Below are positions 21,965 to 32,725 of a stretch of DNA of 64,000 nucleotides, piece after piece. This DNA is from Nitrospirales bacterium (lineage in GTDB: Bacteria > Nitrospirota > Nitrospiria > Nitrospirales > UBA8639). The notes beneath the pieces were generated by a model, which made no database searches, was not told where the DNA came from, and was given only the letters and a program-made list of their open reading frames with translations. Position 1 is the stretch's first letter; each line of letters opens with the position of its first letter. Location of the stretch: NCBI GenBank assembly GCA_965223295.1, contig CBDCWC010000003.1, forward strand, positions 352,001-416,000, written 5' to 3'. The position numbers and the translations under genes are program-made.

Positions 21965-23097
21965 CTGAATCATATGCTTGAATGTAGCAATTCATAAAAT
22001 AACGCTCGATAGATGTCGGGCTCAGGTGTAAGCTTCCCCGTCAAGCGGACAGGCTAAACTAATTAACTAACCTATGTTTTATTTTTTTTATCTTGTTTAT
22101 AGTATTTGGACCAAAGAGTTTACATATTAATAATAGTATTTTTTTATCTAAACCAGAATTAATAAACTTCGTAACAACATTAGCATCACAGAAGAATTCA
22201 ATTTCCCCAGTACTCCATACAAAAGCATCACCCTGGGTACATTTTTCTGTAAAACTTGGAAATATTTGTTTTTTGTTTCTAAAATGCTTTTCTAAAATTT
22301 CTCGATGGTCTATCATTCCTGAATATCTACAATCAAGGTTTTGTTCAAATAATATGCCTTTACCTCCAAGCATTGAAACCATCCCTCTTGAATAGTTGTC
22401 CACTTGCTCAATAGATAACTCTGGAAACGATAGCGTGTTGATTGCCAGGTCAAGTTTCATTGTCTTTGAAAAATCATCGAAATAATAGTTCGGTACAAAA
22501 CAGAAGTTTTTACTCTTTTGAGGCTGAGCCTTATCAAAAATGATAACTTCATCAAAAACTTTGTTTACATACAAATACACTGCTGAAAAAAGCATTGATT
22601 CAGGTAGATCACAAATACAATAATTTACAAATGGGAAGATTTGCTTGATATACCGCGCTACCCCCCCATACCCTGCACCAATTTCTAAAACATTAACTTC
22701 TTCTCCCTGCTTGTTTTTCTCTTCAATTTTCTCAAAAATTCCAGCTTTATACATTAAATAGATACGTTCAGAGGTGGCATAAAAATCATGACTAACGGGA
22801 AAACCATTTACTTCCCACCCAATTTCACCTAAAGACTTACTATTCTCTATTTGATAAACATCAGGAATATAGTTAATAATTTTATTATATTTGTTGAGCC
22901 ATTTTTTAGATTTAACAATATTCTTCCTAATAATTTCATCAATGTCATCTCCAATCGAATTAACTGATGATTTTCCGAATGCATTAGAAAATGACAAAAG
23001 TTGGTATCCAGAAAAGGCTTGAGAGAACAATCTTAACTTATCAATTGTCGATCTATTTCCATTAACGATCCTATAATATGCTTCGTAGAAATCATTA

Positions 23098-24481
23098 GAG
23101 CTATTGTCAAATCTGGTGTCTGGATGATTGATTACGCGGCGACGGGTTCCTGTATTTCTAGGCCATCGGTAAATTGAATGCCCTTGATCACTTGAGCCAA
23201 CTGTTTGAAGCCCCGGAGCCGTCGCCAGGTCTTCTCCGCACAGCGTCCCAACTTGAACATCATGTGTAACATCCCATCTCGCGTCAGACAGCCTTTGGTG
23301 CGCTTGGTTCGGTGGCGAATCGTGGCAAAGGTCGATTCAATGGGATTCGTGGTTCGTAGACTTTGCCAATGGGCTGCGGGAAACGCATAGAACGTTAGCA
23401 AGGCCTCCCGATCTTTCTCCAAACAGGCCGTGGCCTTCGGGTACTTGGCTTCATAGGTCGTCAGAAACACGTCGAAGGCTCGGATGGCATCGGCTTTGGT
23501 CTCCGCTTGCCAGATTTCGTGCAAGGCCTGTTTCGCTTTGGGCTGCACACTCTTGGGCAAGGCATTGAGGACATTCCGCGTCTTGTGCACCCAGCACCGT
23601 TGCTGCTGCGTGGTGGGATAAATTTCCTCCAAGGCGCCCCAGAAGCCCAAGGCCCCATCGCCAATGGCGACGCGGGGCGCCTTCATGCCACGGGCCTTTA
23701 GCTGGAGCAGCACTTCTCGCCAACTCTGCGTCGACTCCCGCACCCCATCTTCGATGGCTACCAGCTGTTTCTCGCCCGTGCTGGTCACCCCGATGACCAC
23801 CAGGGCGCAGAGCCGCTGCTGCTCAGCCCGGAGCCCACTGTAAATCCCATCCACCCAGAGATAGACCCACTCCTCTTTATCCAGCCGTTGCTGGCGCCAG
23901 GTGTGGTACTCCTCCCGCCAGGTTTGTTTGAGCCGTGCGACGGTACTCGCGGAGAGCCCTTGGGCCTCAGGGCCCACTAACGCTTCCAAGGCCGCCTGCA
24001 TCTCCCCTGTCGAGATCCCTTTCAAGTAGAGCCACGGAATTGCGGCATCCAGTGTGGCCGATTTCCGGACATACGGCGGCACCAACGCCGAGTGAAAGCT
24101 GATTGGTGCCCCCTGACGACTCCGCACCTTCGGCACTTTGACGGACACTGGCCCGAGGCCGGTTTGGATGTCTCGTTCCGGCTGATGCCCATTGCCGACG
24201 ACGATTGCTCGCCCTTGCTCATCCTGTTGATCCGCATAGTGAGCCAATAATTCGGCTCGCTCGGCCTCCAAGGCCTGGGCCAGAAGTTGCCGAGCCCCGG
24301 TTCGAAGCAACTCGGTTAACATATCCCGGCTCACTGGTTCTTCTGCTGGTACTTTGCTACGCTCTGGCATCGTGGCGTCTCTCCTTTTAGTGGTTGATCT
24401 GAGGATGTCTTGCAACACCCATTTCAACCCGAGACGCCGCGTCTTTTCAACTCACCCAAACACCACTTTCAATCTTAACTC
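23098..24481 (-). mobile_element. IS256-family insertion sequence (1384 bp)
   Basis: Imperfect 26-bp IRs (GAGCTATTGTCAAATCTGGTGTCTGG / GAGTTAAGATTGAAAGTGGTGTTTGG); 9-bp target duplication AAATCATTA at 23089-23097 and 24482-24490. Confidence 0.92.
23132..24370 (-). CDS. IS256 (Mutator-type) transposase
   Basis: YLWVDG, IGDGALGFW, QRCWVHK, RTTNPIES. Confidence 0.93.
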   Translation of the reverse strand: MPERSKVPAEEPVSRDMLTELLRTGARQLLAQALEAERAELLAHYADQQDEQGRAIVVGNGHQPERDIQTGLGPVSVKVPKVRSRQGAPISFHSALVPPYVRKSATLDAAIPWLYLKGISTGEMQAALEALVGPEAQGLSASTVARLKQTWREEYHTWRQQRLDKEEWVYLWVDGIYSGLRAEQQRLCALVVIGVTSTGEKQLVAIEDGVRESTQSWREVLLQLKARGMKAPRVAIGDGALGFWGALEEIYPTTQQQRCWVHKTRNVLNALPKSVQPKAKQALHEIWQAETKADAIRAFDVFLTTYEAKYPKATACLEKDREALLTFYAFPAAHWQSLRTTNPIESTFATIRHRTKRTKGCLTRDGMLHMMFKLGRCAEKTWRRLRGFKQLAQVIKGIQFTDGLEIQEPVAA

Positions 24482-24899
24482 AAATCATTATCGGTATTAT
24501 TCATAGCCCAGTTATTAGCGGGGACATTTGTTCCTTTTAATTTCTCTCCACATCTCAATCTTTCTATTTTGGGAATTATCTCATTTTTTATATAGTCGTA
24601 CTCACCATCAGATATAGGCCTATTACTTGATGTATCAAATATACGAGCATTCATACTTATCGAATAAATAAGGGGCAAGGCGCTTTTTAAGATGTAAAAT
24701 TCAAGACTTCATCTGACAGTCGGTGACTCTTACTCGGTGTCAGTTTTCTCATAGTGTCAATGATCTCCTAAGCGGCCACGTGCTTCTCTTTGGCAAGTGG
24801 CACATGAAATGTTTGTGTGGGCCTTTTCCCGTAACAACACCGACCCAACTCAACCAGGAGTGATCCACTTATCTGCGACCAATAAGTCGTTCAACAAAA

Positions 24900-25761
24900 C
24901 GGGGCCACCTCTGATTCAAACCCTGCGCACCAGGTATTACTCGCTAAAACAAAAGCCCCATCGATCCTAAAATTGGATCTTTATCACTAAAGACCGTTAG
25001 AAAAGGCTTCTCAAAGGTCGTGAGTTGCTCAAAAGTCTCAGCGCATTCTTTTCTTTGTGTAGGCACTAAACGAGGGAACACTTTCGCACCTGCTTTGTAG
25101 GTATTGTCGGGAAAAGGTGCATCATAGGCACGAATGACCTCTCGACTTAGCTTGGTCGTGGTGGCCATATTGATAAGCTGCCCGATTTTCATTTCTGGGA
25201 TTACCTGAGAAAAAACATACCAGCCGCTAAAACCTACAAAGGTTTTTAGCATTGGCACGACCAAATCCTTCGCTGGTAAATTTTTATGTTTAGGGGGCTT
25301 ACCGGGCAAACCGGTGTTACCGGCTACAACTCGAGAAAACCAATCGGGATGTTTGGCGACGATTCTTAAACCAATGAGACCACCCCAATCCTGACAAAAT
25401 AAATTAATATTTTTTAAGGCTAAGGTTTCCATAAAGTTTTCCATAATATCCAAGTGGAACTGAAAACTGTAATCGCTCTGCTTTACAAACTTATCGGACT
25501 TACCAAAACCGATTAAGTCTGGCGCAATTGCACGAAAGCCTGCATCGGCAAAAATAGGAATCATTTTTCGATATAAATACGACCAACTGGGTTCGCCATG
25601 CAACATTAAAACGATCTCACCATCCTTGGGTCCTTCATCAACATAGTGCATACGCAGGCCATCGATATCTACGTATTGTTAGGCTGGAAGGGATAATCCT
25701 CTAGATTTTCGAAACGCTCTTCTGGAGTGCGAATGACTTCCTTATATGAATACGTAGCCAT
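24900..25761 (-). pseudogene. Haloalkane dehalogenase pseudogene
   Basis: IRTPEERFENL, frameshift near 25675, then MHYVDEG, HGEPSWSYLYRKMI, QDWGG; TAG at 24944 followed in frame by RVIPGAQG; no C-terminal His motif seen. Confidence 0.8.
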
Positions 25762-25886
25762 AAGCTTTCTTTTTAGCTCATGGAATCTTTTTAAAGACTC
25801 TTCCGCATCCAGTTTTCGTTACTGACACTACATGGAATCTTTTTAAAGATGGTTTTCACTGACACTACAACAGAAGATCCAGTCGA

Positions 25887-26294
25887 TTAGCTCATCGGCA
25901 AGGGTGCTTCGTCCATTAGATGTAATATGCCTCGAACAATACGATAAAGCACCCAAAGCCCCGTGAAAATAATAATCACGATTGCGACAGGGATGCCCAC
26001 AACGGTAACAAACATCAAACCCGCAAGCACAATGGCGAAAGCCGCATACCAGAACGTTGTTATCATCCAAGAGAAGTGAGACTCAAGATACGTACCTCTA
26101 GCGTCACCTCGCTTAGCGTAACTTAAAATAACCGCAATAATAGAAGGCCAGCCCGTGAGAAAAGCAGTCACCACAAAGGCCTGAGTCATGACACCAGTCA
26201 AGGCACTAAAGCCATGCAAGGCATAAATAATATAAGCCACGCCCACCAAACCCGCACTAGGGGCCCCATCAATAAACAACTGTTTATCTGGCAT
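25887..26294 (-). CDS. Small membrane protein (DUF4870-like)
   Basis: IIAVILSYAKR...YLESHFSWMITTFW...WVLYRIVRG; AGGAG RBS. Confidence 0.75.
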   Translation of the reverse strand: MPDKQLFIDGAPSAGLVGVAYIIYALHGFSALTGVMTQAFVVTAFLTGWPSIIAVILSYAKRGDARGTYLESHFSWMITTFWYAAFAIVLAGLMFVTVVGIPVAIVIIIFTGLWVLYRIVRGILHLMDEAPLPMS

Positions 26295-26621
26295 TTTACT
26301 TACTCCTGTTCTTTAAAGGTCGCCTAACTCACAGCAATTCTACGTGTCCTTTGGGGTAACTCACAATCATCAAAGCCGGCGCCAACCAAAAATCAGCTTG
26401 GTCGTCGCACTGTAGATCAATTAAGGCTCGTGGACGGCTCAGCTGAAGAGGCAGAGCAGTCAGACGGGAAGCAGCTTTTCGAAGTCCTGTTTGTTCGTCT
26501 TGTAATTTTCTTATTCTCCAAATCCTTGCAAACCGGATACAGCTTGAGCCAGTAAGTTTCTTCTGTAGGTGTTATATAGGTTACTGCACTGGTAGTCTTT
26601 GAGCTATACATTAATCTGTAT

Positions 26622-26639
26622 ATATACATTAATGTATAT
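26622..26639. promoter_or_regulatory. Palindromic operator upstream of TA operon
   Basis: Perfect palindrome ATATACATTAATGTATAT 2 nt before the toxin ATG; a related imperfect site lies just upstream. Confidence 0.55.
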
Positions 26640-26641
26640 TA

Positions 26642-26914
26642 ATGTGGGTAGTTTATGAGAAGAGACCGGTCTTAAAAATTCTTGATCGGCTTCCTTCTGA
26701 TGTTTTATTAAAGTATGAAGCTTGGAAAAGGATCGTCGAGTTAGAGGGTCCGATAGGTCTTCGGTCTATTAAGGGGTTTCACGATGAAGCCTTAAAGGGG
26801 AATTGGAAAGGCTATCGATCATCCAGATTAGGCAAGAAATGGCGCGTGATTTACCATATTGCGAAAGGGCAACTCGAAGTGTACGTCGTTGAAGTCATGG
26901 CACACACGTATTAA
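26642..26914 (+). CDS. RelE/HigB-family toxin
   Basis: GFHDEALKGNWKGYRSSRL...WRVIY; toxin-first arrangement. Confidence 0.85.
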   Translation: MWVVYEKRPVLKILDRLPSDVLLKYEAWKRIVELEGPIGLRSIKGFHDEALKGNWKGYRSSRLGKKWRVIYHIAKGQLEVYVVEVMAHTY

Positions 26915-26929
26915 CCTGGGAGAATCCAT

Positions 26930-27196
26930 ATGGCGATGAATAAAAAGGAATTCGTGCGAGCCAAAGTGAATCGTAAGATTACACCTGGCGAAATGCTACG
27001 GACCCTAAGGGAATTACAAGAATTCACACAAAAAGAACTTGCGAGTGCAACAGGAATCTCGCAATCCAATATCTCGGCTATGGAAAATGATAGGAGTCAA
27101 ATAGGCCGAGAACGGGCTTTGGTCTTAGCGAATGTGCTCAAAGTTCATCCCGCTGTGATTCTTTTCCCCGACTTTGACATTGCCCAATTTGCCTAG
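26930..27196 (+). CDS. Xre-HTH antitoxin (HigA-like)
   Basis: TPGEMLRTLRELQEFTQKELASATGISQSNISAMEN. Confidence 0.85.
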   Translation: MAMNKKEFVRAKVNRKITPGEMLRTLRELQEFTQKELASATGISQSNISAMENDRSQIGRERALVLANVLKVHPAVILFPDFDIAQFA

Positions 27197-27412
27197 GGCA
27201 AGAGCAAAAAGACCCCACAGTTCTTAAAGACCCCTAATCCCGCCGGGTTCACAAGCTTCCCTCTAGATTCCGGTTCAAGTTGTGAGTCGACTCTCCCTCT
27301 GTGCCCCGCGCCTACCCACATATACCACAATGCCCCCCGACGGGCCCAATCCAAGAACAATGAGCCGGTCAGCCCTCACTCACAGGAGATACGCCCGCCG
27401 GTCGCACAACCA

Positions 27413-27493
27413 CATCTGGGGATGGAATCCCCGATGAAGTTTTTGGTCCTTGGCGATTCTCTCAAAAAGGCCGTCTAAAATTCCTATTCCCAA
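27413..27493 (+). repeat. Module-boundary direct repeat, copy 1
   Basis: Exact 22-mer TGGCGATTCTCTCAAAAAGGCC at 27451, 34814 and 40268, with similar flanks. Confidence 0.8.
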
Positions 27494-27908
27494 AAGGACC
27501 ACAGGACATTAGTCAGTTTGCTGGAGTTCGCATCACTGGAAATATTCCTTTTGGACCATCTTTGCTCTAGCTTCCTGTTCAATCGCTACTTAGTCTGTAT
27601 CTTTTTAGAAAAAAATTTATCTGAAATGATACAGGATGATTAGTCTTTTCCTGATTTTTACGAACGCATCCATCAAGACCCCGCCTACCTAAGATTAGTG
27701 CTCTCACTAGAAATTTCACCCCATGGACTTTAGATAGACCAAATCTAGGCGCTGATGCCTTAACGAGACTTTTTCCCTTTTGAATCTCAGCCTAGATCTT
27801 GTGATCCAACCTAGAATTTTCACCCATTCCTGATTTATATTGCAGCCTTTGGCCTAGGTGAAAGAATCCTACTCTTCTCCGCTCAGGAGTAAAAACAAGG
27901 AGGTTCCC

Positions 27909-28118
27909 ATGGCAACAGGTCCTTGTGATTTCTTCATCAATGCTGCACACCGCGGAAACCCTGCTACCGAGGTCTTCGATCTTGACGTAGATGCACTCAA
28001 AGGTGTCTCAACCGAGGACAAGCAGAACCTGAAAGACCCCTTTGGCGTGATGACTATTAACGATCTTGGCCGAAACCACTTCTCGCGCACAACCGTGCAA
28101 TCCTTGAAAATAGTGTAG
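27909..28118 (+). CDS. Small hypothetical protein
   Basis: AAGGAGG RBS then ATG; ALKGVS...LKDPFGVMTINDLGRN resembles small conserved HhH-like proteins. Confidence 0.55.
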   Translation: MATGPCDFFINAAHRGNPATEVFDLDVDALKGVSTEDKQNLKDPFGVMTINDLGRNHFSRTTVQSLKIV

Positions 28119-28569
28119 ACATCGGTCATAACCTAAGTTCTGTCGCGAGTACACCATCGATTTTTAAAAGCTCTGACCGATTGCTGGCATTCCAAGGTGA
28201 GGGCCAAAAACATTTTTGCAGGAGATTGATTGCCTCACACCAATATCTTTATCTGCCCTTCCTTGATTGTGCCCTTCACTTCAAAACCGGCTAATATTCA
28301 TTGAGTCCCATGCGCACAAAGAATGAATGCTTCGGTAAATCATCAAATACGTGCCATTTTATTTACAGAAAATAAAGCTTACATATCTAATAATATCGTG
28401 TTTGAAATAATGGCCATTGTTATATTTCAAAGAATCCGATACGGTGCACATGGACGTTCCAAGACGAGGCATTACCTTGGGCCAACACTTTCTTATTGGA
28501 TGTCTGAATAAAGAATTTTTATAGAAAGCATTATTCATTATCAAATTTCATCAAATTACGGAGGGGAAC

Positions 28570-31497
28570 ATGAGTCGTCTTTCACTTGCGTTATCAAAAA
28601 CCACTTTTCGCAGCCGAAAGAATGTTGAACGTACTCTGAAGAAGATCAATTACGATCCTGTAGAATTGGCCCCTGCTTTCCTAAATATATGTAATGAAAG
28701 TCAAGAGAATGGTGTAAAGCTAGCTGAAGCCTACGCCGTTGGACTAAAAGATTCCGAGCAGCATCGTGAAGTGTTTCAGCAGGTTTCATTAATGCCAAAA
28801 ACAGTACGCAAATCCTTCATCAAAGGGTATTGCAATGTGGGACAGGGTCGAGGCGTCGTGCATGCCATCAGTCAATTACCTCGGACACAGGGGCGCACAC
28901 TTATGGAAGATTTTGTAATAAAAGAGGACAAATCGAAGAATGAAGCTGCTATTGAGGAAGTTTTGTATTGGTTACGTGATGCGGGCAGAGAAATGCGAAG
29001 ACTTGAAGCGGACCATGCCCAATCAATACCGCTTGCCGGAAGTGATTCTGCTGTAATTGAATTCTTTGAGGATGTTGCTGATGCAATTTCTGATGCCGTA
29101 ACTGCAGTGGTTGATGCAATTGTGAGCGTTGCGGAAACGCTAGCCGAAGCAATCGTTGACGTTGTCAACTGGGTGGCTGAAGAAGTGGCCGATCTTGTTC
29201 GAGCCTTAATAGAAGCTGGCAAGACTATCTTCGATCTATTAGAAGCAGCTGTTCAGACTGGTTATCAACTTGCGAAGAAGATAATAAAGGCTTTGGAGGA
29301 CGTTGGAAAGGCAATGCGGGAGATTCTTGAATCAGCATTCAATTTAGCTAAGGATGCTCTCGTTACTGTATTGAAAGCAATTGACCAGTTGGGACGTACG
29401 TTGGGTGAACTTCTCGCGGAGCTTGCGACGAAGACATTTGATATTGTCAGAAAGGGTATCGAGGCATTGTTGGAAATTGGAAAATCAATTGGAAATATTC
29501 TGCAGCAGGCGCTGGAATTTGGTGCAACATTAATCACAAATACCGTCAGAACGCTCTTAGAAGTAGGGAAAACAGCGCTAGAAATACTGGTGGCTGCAGT
29601 CACCCGCCCTGGTCAATTATTCGATCAAGTCGTCGCGTCGCTCAAAAATCTTGGTAAAACCGTCACGGAACTTTTTGATGATGTAGTGAACGCTGGCGCT
29701 GACCTTATCCGCGAGGTTGCTGAAGCAGCAGCCAATGTAGGAACGGCCATTGCAGAGTTTACATCGTATATAGCCCAAGCCACTATTGAGGTTGCAACCA
29801 AGATTGTAGAAGGGTTACTAAAAGCAGGGAAAACACTAGTAGACATGGTAGCTTCCATCGCCCAACACGGATTTGAGGCAATAAGGAAGGTTGTTGATTC
29901 TGTCTTCAAGCTAGGAAAAAGCTTTATCGGTCTGCTTCGTGATGTGGCAAAACTTGCTTTTGATTCGCTTAAAGATGTTGTGCGTGCCGCTTTTGATCTA
30001 GGGAAGACGATAGCAGAGTTCACACTTTCGATGGTGGAATTCACCTATCGCACGGCCGCGAGGTTCATCCAAGCTGCTCTGGAGGTTGGTGCAACTGTGG
30101 CTGAAGTGCTCGAGAGCGTGGTCTCGAAGACATATTATGTGCTGCGTAAGATTGTAAATGGGGTACTGCAGGCTTTGGGGCCTGTCGGAGATATTTTTCA
30201 GTGGTTAATAGATCGTGGAGAGGAGCTAGCTTCGAAATTATGGCGTGAAACAGTTCTTGCAATCCGCTTTGTAAAGAAAAGTGTTACCGAGGTGTTGGAT
30301 TGGGCTTTTGCCAAGGGTCAAATTTTTTTAGATCGAATGATAGAAATTGTTGAAGATATCGGTGAAGCAATAATTGACATAATCGAGTGGGCGCAAGCTA
30401 CTGGTGATGCAGCTCTTGAGGCGCTAGGGGAGGCAACCGTTCGAGCGCGCAACTCGGTAAATTACGTTCTCAGCTATCTTGAAAAGGATCTTATCCCTGG
30501 TATAGCCAAGTTTGTGAAGGGTGTTCTTCAAGCCGGCTATGAAATTGGACGACTGGTTGCCTGGATGGCAAGCCGTAGCCTTCAGATCGTTACCGAGGTT
30601 GTTAAGGCGTCTCTTGAGGCGGGAGTTACCTTGGCGGTACTAATTACAGAAACAGTAGCGCATCCTGACCAAGCATTAGAGAATCTTTTGAGAGCTGCCC
30701 GCACTCTGGGGCAAACACTTGAGGATATCTATCAGGCCGTTATTGTAGAAACAGAAGAGCAATTTCTGGAACAAGTGACGCTGACCTTAAACAACCTAGA
30801 AGAGCCAGTCAGAGATATAATTGAAGCAGTTGCTGAAACAGCCACGGGAGCAATAAGTGCCACTATTAGTATTCTCCTGAACGAATTAGCTACTTATAGA
30901 CCGCTGACAGAAAATGAGAAAATGGACGCTAGAGTTGTCTATGGTGATACCATTGACCTCGAAAACACCTATATTTCTGCTGAGAGTTTAGTAAACAAAA
31001 TCATTTTCGGCATCCAAGACTGGGCCACAGGTAATCCTACCTCACGTGCATTTGTCACGAATAACCTCATTAATTTTGATGTTAATGAGGCAATTGATAT
31101 TGATGGCCAAGGCACTTTAGGAGTTAAGAGATCTACATTCATTCATGAATTGAGTCACGTATGGCAATCCGAAGTTGAAGGACCTTTTTATATGTCAGAA
31201 GCCATTCATGCACAAGCTGTAGGTGGTGGCTATAACTATGGATATAACGAATCTCTGGGGAATATCGCTGTGCCCATAGACTATATTGGAACTACAGAAA
31301 TGCTAAATAATGGTTTTTCGACAGGAGAAGGAGGCCAGGATGCACTCAATACAGCCGCTGGAGATTTCGATGAATTCAATCGTGAGCAGCAAGGGCAGAT
31401 TGCCATGCACTACTTTGTCAGGAGAGTGCTACTTAATCAAACTCCAACAGAGTATGAACCTTGGCAACCCTATGTTAATGCTATACAAGCAGCATAA
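28570..31497 (+). CDS. 975-aa protein: about 18 tandem 29-aa helical repeats plus C-terminal HExxH (DUF4157-like) metallopeptidase domain
   Basis: Repeats of type ALxxxGKTIxELL at 29-aa spacing; RPLTENEK...FIHELSHVWQ...FNREQQG. Confidence 0.75.
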   Translation: MSRLSLALSKTTFRSRKNVERTLKKINYDPVELAPAFLNICNESQENGVKLAEAYAVGLKDSEQHREVFQQVSLMPKTVRKSFIKGYCNVGQGRGVVHAISQLPRTQGRTLMEDFVIKEDKSKNEAAIEEVLYWLRDAGREMRRLEADHAQSIPLAGSDSAVIEFFEDVADAISDAVTAVVDAIVSVAETLAEAIVDVVNWVAEEVADLVRALIEAGKTIFDLLEAAVQTGYQLAKKIIKALEDVGKAMREILESAFNLAKDALVTVLKAIDQLGRTLGELLAELATKTFDIVRKGIEALLEIGKSIGNILQQALEFGATLITNTVRTLLEVGKTALEILVAAVTRPGQLFDQVVASLKNLGKTVTELFDDVVNAGADLIREVAEAAANVGTAIAEFTSYIAQATIEVATKIVEGLLKAGKTLVDMVASIAQHGFEAIRKVVDSVFKLGKSFIGLLRDVAKLAFDSLKDVVRAAFDLGKTIAEFTLSMVEFTYRTAARFIQAALEVGATVAEVLESVVSKTYYVLRKIVNGVLQALGPVGDIFQWLIDRGEELASKLWRETVLAIRFVKKSVTEVLDWAFAKGQIFLDRMIEIVEDIGEAIIDIIEWAQATGDAALEALGEATVRARNSVNYVLSYLEKDLIPGIAKFVKGVLQAGYEIGRLVAWMASRSLQIVTEVVKASLEAGVTLAVLITETVAHPDQALENLLRAARTLGQTLEDIYQAVIVETEEQFLEQVTLTLNNLEEPVRDIIEAVAETATGAISATISILLNELATYRPLTENEKMDARVVYGDTIDLENTYISAESLVNKIIFGIQDWATGNPTSRAFVTNNLINFDVNEAIDIDGQGTLGVKRSTFIHELSHVWQSEVEGPFYMSEAIHAQAVGGGYNYGYNESLGNIAVPIDYIGTTEMLNNGFSTGEGGQDALNTAAGDFDEFNREQQGQIAMHYFVRRVLLNQTPTEYEPWQPYVNAIQAA

Positions 31498-31511
31498 CAT
31501 CTTAACTCCTC

Positions 31512-32426
31512 ATGGTCATAACAATTGTCACTCCAGCTTCGGCCATAAGGCCACTGGAACCACTACTGCAAGCATACCGCCGAAAGAACTATTCCGTATG
31601 CTTTGAGATAGCAAAAGATTTCTCAATGTTGCCTCAGTTTTTACAGAGGATTACAGAAAAAACGGATGCCACATTAGTTATTGGCCCACGAAAACGATCC
31701 CCCAGGACAGCCATACGTGGGCCTGTATTAAGGTGTGGTGGGGGAAAGTTGATCCCTGTTGGATATGTTCCCGATATGGGAGGGAAAGCCCTAAATGTTT
31801 TTGCTCAAACAGCAGCCCATATTCATCAACGAGTACCCGCATTACAACCTATTGCTATTCTTTCTCAATGGAATCCGCAATATCTGAGACTCGCAACCCG
31901 AATAGAAGACCTTCTCCGAATACAAAAAAACCCTGTATTTCGTTGGACAAGTGATTTAATCCTTCGGGAAGACATGGTTCCTGGCCTAAGATCGGGGTTA
32001 GCTGCTGCTGTGTATGTTGGACATGGTCGTCCTGTTGGCTGGGTGGGATATCGGGGAACCCGCATTCATCATCTTGCAGGGAGTGTTGGGGAACCTTTAG
32101 GAGCACTCATATCTCTTTGTTGTCGTACGGCCAGTCGAAAACGTGTAGGTCTATCGTTCTCAGAAGCAGTACCGATGCAGGGTATTGCTGGTTCTGCTTT
32201 TGGCTCAGTCACAGACACGCTGCATATAAATAATACTCGCTGGGCAGTACGAATCTGTGCAGCTCTTAAACGCGGTGCAACGCATATAGGGGAATTAATA
32301 GTAAATGCACTACCTTTTGACTCAGAAGTAGTTAATGAATACCGTCTCTTAGGTGACCCTGTGGCTCCACTTTTCGGAGCTTCGCAGGCGGTTCAACGGG
32401 CGCAGACAATTAAAGTTGCTCACTAA
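31512..32426 (+). CDS. C25/gingipain-like (clan CD) cysteine peptidase
   Basis: YVGHG and SLCCRT His/Cys dyad contexts; terminal YRLLGDP as in C25 peptidases; no signal peptide. Confidence 0.65.
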   Translation: MVITIVTPASAIRPLEPLLQAYRRKNYSVCFEIAKDFSMLPQFLQRITEKTDATLVIGPRKRSPRTAIRGPVLRCGGGKLIPVGYVPDMGGKALNVFAQTAAHIHQRVPALQPIAILSQWNPQYLRLATRIEDLLRIQKNPVFRWTSDLILREDMVPGLRSGLAAAVYVGHGRPVGWVGYRGTRIHHLAGSVGEPLGALISLCCRTASRKRVGLSFSEAVPMQGIAGSAFGSVTDTLHINNTRWAVRICAALKRGATHIGELIVNALPFDSEVVNEYRLLGDPVAPLFGASQAVQRAQTIKVAH

Positions 32427-32461
32427 AATGCTGCTATGAGACAACCTGGTATGCCGACACT

Positions 32462-32725
32462 ATGAATTCTCTAAATTGTAGAGACCGTGAGGAAGTTCTT
32501 GCTCTATTGGTGCGTGAAATGAGAGAAGTGAAAAGTGAATTACCCGAAACAATCGAAATGGACATGAATTTCGTCATAGATCTTGGGCTTGATTCTATTG
32601 ATCTAGCCGAATATGTGGCCAGAATCGAACAGACTTTTGGGATACAGGTCTCAGATGATGAATGGAAGAGCCTAGCTTCTCTAAGAATTGTGGTCGAATA
32701 CGTCGAGAAACGGCTGTCTGAGTGA
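32462..32725 (+). CDS. Acyl carrier protein
   Basis: DLGLDSIDL phosphopantetheine Ser motif; acidic, 87 aa. Confidence 0.92.
   Translation: MNSLNCRDREEVLALLVREMREVKSELPETIEMDMNFVIDLGLDSIDLAEYVARIEQTFGIQVSDDEWKSLASLRIVVEYVEKRLSE

Larger units (their letters stand above)
22059..24654 (-). pseudogene. AT-rich SAM-dependent (putative sugar O-) methyltransferase interrupted by IS256
   Basis: VLEIGAGYG motif I and ICDLPES; removing 23098-24481 plus one TSD joins ...NNTDND to FYEAYYRIV...LFSQAF in frame. Confidence 0.8.

Noticed and set aside
26417-26629. Possible integron attC or small ORF upstream of the TA pair
   Set aside because: No complete RYYYAAC...GTTRRRY pair found and no intI; ORF lacks motifs
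28570-31497. Phage tape-measure interpretation of the helical protein
   Set aside because: No phage structural genes nearby; HExxH domain and ACP/KS operon context argue otherwise
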